Below are positions 58,686 to 64,000 of a stretch of 64,000 nt of DNA, in pieces. The position numbers were made by a program, and so were the translations under genes. Under the pieces are notes generated by a model, which was not told the DNA's origin, ran no database searches, and saw only the letters and a program-made list of their open reading frames with translations. Numbering within the stretch: position 1 is the first letter of the stretch; every line of letters starts with the position of its first letter. The stretch comes from Eledone cirrhosa. Taxonomy: Eukaryota. The stretch is taken from positions 744,001 through 808,000 of the forward strand of contig OZ024742.1 of NCBI GenBank assembly GCA_964016885.1, given 5' to 3'.

Positions 58686-61600
58686 GTCTAGTGGTAAAGG
58701 TGTTCTGTGGAGGTGTGTGGTCTAGTGGTAAAGGTGTTAGTGGAGGTGTGTGGTCTAGTGGTAAAGGGGTTCTGTGGAGGTGTGTGGTCTAGTAGTAAAG
58801 GTGTTCTGTGGAGGTGTGTGGTCTAGTGGTAAAGGTGTTAGTGGAGGTGTGTGATCTAGTGGTAAAGGTGTTAGTGGAGGTGTGTGGTCTAGTGTTAAAG
58901 GTGTTCTGTAGAGGTGTGTGGTCTAGTGGTAACGGTGTTCTGTGAAGGTGTGTGGTCTAGTGGTATAGGTGTTCTGTGGAGGTGTGTGGTCTAGTGGTAT
59001 AGGTGTTCTGTGGAGGTGTGTGGTCTAGTGGTAAAGGTGTTAGTGGAGGTGTGTGGTCTAGTGGTAAAGGTGTTCTGTAGAGGTGTGTGGTCTAGTGGTA
59101 AAGGTGTTAGTGGAGGTGTGTGTTCTAGTGGTAAAGGTGTTAGTGGAGGTGTGTGGTCTAGTGGTAAAGGTGTTCTGGAGAGGTGTGTGGTCTAGTGGTA
59201 AAGGTGTTCTGTGGAGGTGTGTGGTCTAGTGGTAAAGGTGTTGTGTGGAGGTGTGTGGTCTAGTGGTAAAGGTGTTAGTGGAGATGTGTGGTCTAGTGGT
59301 AAAGGTGTTCTGTGGATGTGTGTGGTCTAGTGGTATAGGTGTTAGTGGAGGTGTGTGGTCTAGTGGTAAAGGTGTTCTGTAGAGGTGTGTGGTCTAGTGG
59401 TAAAGGTGTGTGGTCTAGAGGTAAAGGTGTTAGTGGAGGTGTGTGGACTAGTGGTAAAGGTGTTCTGTGGAGGTGTGTGGTCTAGTGGTAAAGGTGTTCT
59501 GTGGAGGTGTGTGGTCTAGTGGTATCGGTGTTCTGTGGAGGTGTGTGGTCTAGTGGTATCGGTGTTCTGTGGAGGTGTGTGGTCTAGTGGTAAAGGTGTT
59601 CTGTAGAGGTGTGTGGTCTAGTGGTAAAGGTGTGAGTGGAGGTGTGTGGTCTAGTGGTAAAGGTGTTCTGTAGAGGTTTGTGGTTTAGTGGTAAAGGTGT
59701 TCTGTGGAGGTGTGTGGTCTAGTGGTAAAGGTGTTAGTGGAGGTGTGTGGTCTAGTGGTAAAGGTGTTAGTGGAGGTGTGTGGTCTAGTGGTAAAGGTGT
59801 TCTGCAGAGGTGTGTGGTCTAGTGGTAAAGGTGTTCTGTGGAGGTGTGTGGTCTAGTGGTGAAGGTGTGTGGTCTAGTGGTAAAGGTGTTCTGCAGAGGT
59901 GTGTGGTCTAGTGGTAAAGGTGTTCTGTGGAGGTGTGTGGTCTAGTGGTATAGGTGTTCTGTGGAGGTGTGTGGTCTAGTGGTAAAGGTGTTAGTGGAGG
60001 TGTGTGGTCTAGTGGTAAAGGTGTTCTGTAGAGGTGTGTGGTCTAGAGGTAAAGGTGGTAGTGGAGGTGTGTGGTCTAGTGGTAAAGGTGTTAGTGGAGG
60101 TCTGTGGTCTAGTGGTAAAGGTGTTCTGTGTAGGTGTGGTCTAGTGGTAAAGGTGTTAGTGGATGTGTGTGGTCTAGTGGTAAAGGTGTTCTGTGTAGGT
60201 GTGTGGTCTAGTGGTAAAGGTGTTCTGTGTAGGTGTGTGGTCTAGTGGTAAAGGTGTTAGTGGAGGTGTGTGGTCTAGTGGTAAAGGTGTTCTGTGTAGG
60301 TGTGTGGTCTAGTGGTAAAGGTGTTCGTGGAAGTGTGTGGTCTAGTGGTAAAGGTGTTAGTGGAGGTGTGTGGTCTAGTGGTAAAGGTGTTCTGTGGAGG
60401 TGTGTGGTCTAGTGGTAAAGGTGTTAGTGGAGGTGTGTGGTCTAGTGGTAAAGGTGTTCTGTGTAGGTGTGTGGTCTAGTGGTAAAGTTGTTAGTGGAGG
60501 TGTGTGGTCTAGTGGTAAAGGTGTTCTTTGGAGGTGTGTGGTCTAGTGGTAAAGGTGTTAGTGGAGGTGTGTAGTCTAGTGGTAAAGTTGTTAGTGGAGG
60601 TGTGTGGTCTAGTGGTAAAGGTGTTCTTTGGAGGTGTGTGGTCTAGTGGTAAAGGTGTTAGTGGAGGTATGTGGTCTAGTGGTAAAGGTGTTCTGTAGAG
60701 GTGTGTGGTCTAGTGGTAAAGGTGTTCTGTGGAGGTGTGTGGTCTAGTGGTAAAGGTGTTAGTGGAGGTGTGTGGCCTAGTGGTAAAGGTGTTCTGTGGA
60801 GGTGTGGTCTAGTGGTAAAGGTGTTCTGTGGAGGTGTGTGGTCTAGTGGTAAAGGTGTTAGTGGAGGTGTGTGGTCTAGTGGTAAAGTTGTTCTGTAGAG
60901 GTGTGTGGTCTAGTGATAAAGGTGTTCTGTGGAGGTGTGGTCTAGTGGTAAAGGTGTTAGTGGAGGTGTGTGGCCAAGTGGTAAATGTCTTCTGTGGAGG
61001 TGTGTTGTCTCGTGGTAAAGGTGTTCTGTAGAGGTGTGTGGTCTAGTGGTAAAGGTATTCTGTAGAGGTGTGTGGTCTAGTGGTAAAGGTGTTCTGTGGA
61101 GGTGTGTGGTCTAGTAGTAAAGGTGTTCTGTGGAGGTGTGTGGTCTAGTGGTAAAGGTGTTAGTGGAGGTGTGTGGTCTAGTGGTAAAGGTGTTCTGTGG
61201 AGGTGTGTGGTCTCGTGGTAAAGGTGTTCTGTAGAGGTGTGTGGTCTAGTGGTAAAGGTATTCTGTGGAGGTGTGTGGTCTAGTGGTAAAGGTGTTAGAG
61301 GAGGTGTGTGGTCTAGTGGTAAAGGTGTTAGTGGAGGTGTGTAGTCTAGTGGTAAAGGTGTTAGTGGAGGTGTGTGGTCTAGTGGTAAAGGTGTTAGTGG
61401 AGGTGTGTGGTCTAGTGGTAAAGGTGTTCTGTAGAGGTGTGTGGTCTAGTGGTAAAGGTGTTCTGTGGAGGTGTGTGGTCTAGTGGTAAAGGTGTTAGTG
61501 GAGGTGTGTGGTCTAGTGGTAAAGGTGTTAGTGGAGGTGTGTGGTCTAGTGGTAAGGGTGTTCTGTGGAGGTGTGTGGTCTATTGGTAAAGGTGTTAGTG

Positions 61601-64000
61601 GAGGTGTGTGGGCTAGTGGTAAAGGTGTTAGTGGAGGTGTGTGGTCTAGTGGTAAAGGTGTTCTGTAGAGGTGTGTGGTCTAGTGGTAAAGGTGTTAGTG
61701 GAGGTGTGTGGTCTAGTGGTAAAGGTGTTAGTGGAGGTGTGTGGTCTAGTGGTAAAGCTGTTCTGTAGAGGTGTGTGGTCTTGTGGTAAAGGTGTTCTGT
61801 AGAGGTGTGTGGTCTAGTGGTAAAGGTGTTAGTGGAGGTGTGTGGTCTAGTGGTAAAGCTGTTCTGTAGAGGTGTGTGGTCTTGTGGTAAAGGTGTTCTG
61901 TAGAGGTGTGTGGTCTAGTGGTAAAGGTATTAGTGGAGGTGTGTGGTCTAGTGGTAAAGGTGTTCTGTGGAGGTGTGGTCTAGTGGTAAAGGTGTTAGTG
62001 GAGGTGTGTGGTCTAGTGGTAAAGGTGTTCTGTGGAGGTGTGTGGTCTAGTGGTAAAGGTGTTCTGTAGAGTTGTGTGGTCTAGTGGTAAAGGTGTTCTG
62101 TGGAGGTGTGTGGTCTAGTGGTAAAGGTGTTAGTGGAGGTGTGTGGTCTAGTGGTAAAGGTGTTCTTTGGAGGTGTGTGGTCTAGTGGTAAAGGTGTTAG
62201 TGGAGGTGTGTGGTCTAGTGGTAAAGGTGTTAGTGGAGGTGTGTGGTCTAGTGGTAAAGGTGTTAGTGGAGGTGTGTGGTCTAGTGGTAAAGGTGTTAGT
62301 GGAGGTGTGTGGTCTAGTGGTAAAGGTGTTCTGTAGAGGAGTGTGGTCTAGTGGTAAAGGTGTTCTGTGGCGGTGTGTGGTCTAGTGGTAAAGGCGTTCT
62401 GTGGAGGTGTGTGGTCTAGTGGTAAAGGTGTTAGTGGAGGTGTGTGGTTTAGTGGTAAAGGTGTTCTGTAGAGGTGTGTGGTCTAGTGGTAAATGTGTTC
62501 TGTGGAGGTGTGTGGTCTAGTGGTAAAGGTGTTAGTGGAGGTGTGTGGTCTAGTGGTAAAGGTGTTGTGGAGGTGTGTGGTCTAGTGGTAAAGGTGTTAG
62601 TGAAGGTGTGTGGTCTAGTGGTAAAGGCGTTAGTGGAGGTGTGTGGTCTAGTGGTAAAGGTGTTAGTAGAGGTGTGTGGTCTAGTGGTAAAGGTGTTCTG
62701 TAGAGGTGTGTGGTCTAGTGGTAAAGGTGTTAGTGGAGGTGTGTGGCCTAGTGGTAAAGGTGTTCTGTGGAGGTGTGTGGTCTGGTGGCAAAGGTGTTCT
62801 GTAAAGGTGTGTGGTCTAGTGGTAAAGGCGTTCTGTAAAGGTGTGTGGTCTAGTGGTAAATGTCTTCTGTAGAGGTGTGTGGTCTAGTAGTAAAGGTGTT
62901 CTGTAGAGGTGTGTGGTCTAGTGGTAAAGGTCTTCTGTAGATGTGTGTGGCCTAGTGGTAAAGGTGTTAGTGGAGGTGTGTGGTCTAGTGGTAAAGGTGT
63001 TCTGTAGAGGTGTGTGGTCTAGTGGTATAGGTGTTAGTGGAGGTGTGTGGCCTAGTGGTAAAGGTGTTCTGTAGAGGTGTGTGGTCTAGTGGTAAAGGTG
63101 TTAGTGGAGGTGTGTGGCCTAGTGGTAAAGGTGTTCTGTGGAGGTGTGTGGTCTAGTGGTAAAGGTGTTCTGTGGAGGTGTGTGGTCTAGTGGTAAAGGT
63201 GTTCTGTAGAGGTGTGTGGTCTAGTGGTATAAGTGATCTGTGGAGGTGTGTGGTCTAGTGGTATAGGTGTTCTGTGGAGGTGTGTGGTCTAGTGGTAAAG
63301 GTGTTCTGTAGAGGTGTGTGGTAAAGGTGTTCTGTAGAGGTGTGTGGTCTAGTGGTAAAGGTGTTCTGTAGAGGTTTGTGGTTTAGTGGTAAAGGTGTTC
63401 TGTGGAGGTGTGTGGTCTAGTGGTATAGGTGTTCTGTGGAGGTGTGTGGTCTAGTGGTATAGGTGTTCTGTGGAGGTGTGTGGTCTAGTGGTAAAGGTGT
63501 TAGTGGAGGTGTGTGGTCTAGTGGTAAAGGTGTTAGTGGAGGTGTGTGGTCTAGTGGTAAAGGTGTTAGTGGAGGTCTGTGTTCTAGTGGTAAAGGTGTT
63601 CTGTGTAGGTGTGTGGTCTAGTGGTAAAGGTGTTAGTGGATGTGTGTGGTCTAGTGGTAAAGGTGTTCTGTGGAGGTGTGTGGTCTAGTGGTAAAGGTGT
63701 TAGTGGAGGTGTGTGGTCTAGTGGTAAAGGTGTTCTGTGTAGGTGTGTGGTCTAGTGGTAAAGGTGTTCGTGGAAGTGTGTGGTCTAGTGGTAAAGGTGT
63801 TAGTGGAGGTGTGTGGTCTAGTGGTAAAGGTGTTCTGTGGAGGTGTGTGGTCTAGTGGTAAAGGTGTTCTGCAGAGGTGTGTGGTCTAGTGGTAAAGGTG
63901 TTCTGTGGAGGTGTGTGGTCTAGTGGTGAAGGTGTGTGGTCTAGTGGTAAAGGTGTTCTGCAGAGGTGTGTGGTCTAGTGGTAAAGGTGTTCTGTGGAGG

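Larger units (their letters stand above)
1..64000. repeat. Tandem satellite/minisatellite array of interspersed 33-bp and 34-bp monomers (~1,900 copies), head-to-tail in one orientation, running off both window edges
   Basis: The core GGTGTGTGGTCTAGTGGTAAAGGTGTT recurs every 33-34 bp from base 1 to 64000. The 33-mer (75..107) ends TTA and the 34-mer (108..141) ends TTCT. No non-repeat insertion or inversion was seen. Confidence 0.99.

Noticed and set aside
75-63855. All + strand ORFs (VEVCGLVVKVL and SGGVWSSGKGV repeats)
   Set aside because: They arise because 33 is divisible by 3 and two frames lack stops. Every 34-mer shifts the frame, and the third frame hits TAG. Starts are GTG/TTG within the repeat, ORFs overlap in different frames, and none exceeds 132 aa.
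1-64000. CRISPR array (repeat length 33-34 bp is in range)
   Set aside because: Repeats are directly adjacent with no unique spacers, and no leader or cas genes are present.
1-64000. Direct telomerase- or reverse-transcriptase-synthesised repeat tract
   Set aside because: No canonical telomere motif is present. Point variants are inherited in long colinear blocks, which indicates DNA-level duplication rather than repeated copying from one RNA template, and no RT gene is in the window.
1-64000. Embedded transposon, inversion or unique island
   Set aside because: No departure from the monomer longer than a few bases and no C/A-rich (inverted) segment was seen on reading through. A very short insertion could have been missed by eye.

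Overview
The whole 64 kb window is one uninterrupted, single-orientation tandem satellite/minisatellite array of about 1,900 monomers (64,000/~33.5). I saw no unique sequence, gene, intact RNA gene, mobile element or CRISPR spacer. Two interspersed monomer types differ only at their junction: a 33-mer GTGGAGGTGTGTGGTCTAGTGGTAAAGGTGTTA (e.g. 75..107) and a 34-mer ending ...GGTGTTCT (e.g. 108..141). The + strand is about 79% G+T with 1-2 C per monomer. All ORFs in the supplied track are translation artefacts of the repeat. Rare variant monomers, used as markers, show a nested duplication history: near-identical duplications with periods of 13,367, 4,484 and 8,900-8,942 bp, a probable 4,067-bp one starting at the right edge, short local higher-order repeats (67, 100, 238 bp), and an older, roughly 3-kb scaffold. 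The most interesting sequence-level signal is that each monomer resembles the 5' part of a tRNA or tRNA-derived SINE head: it has a Pol III A-box and a foldable D-arm, but no B-box. That origin and any function are inference only. All comparisons were made by eye.
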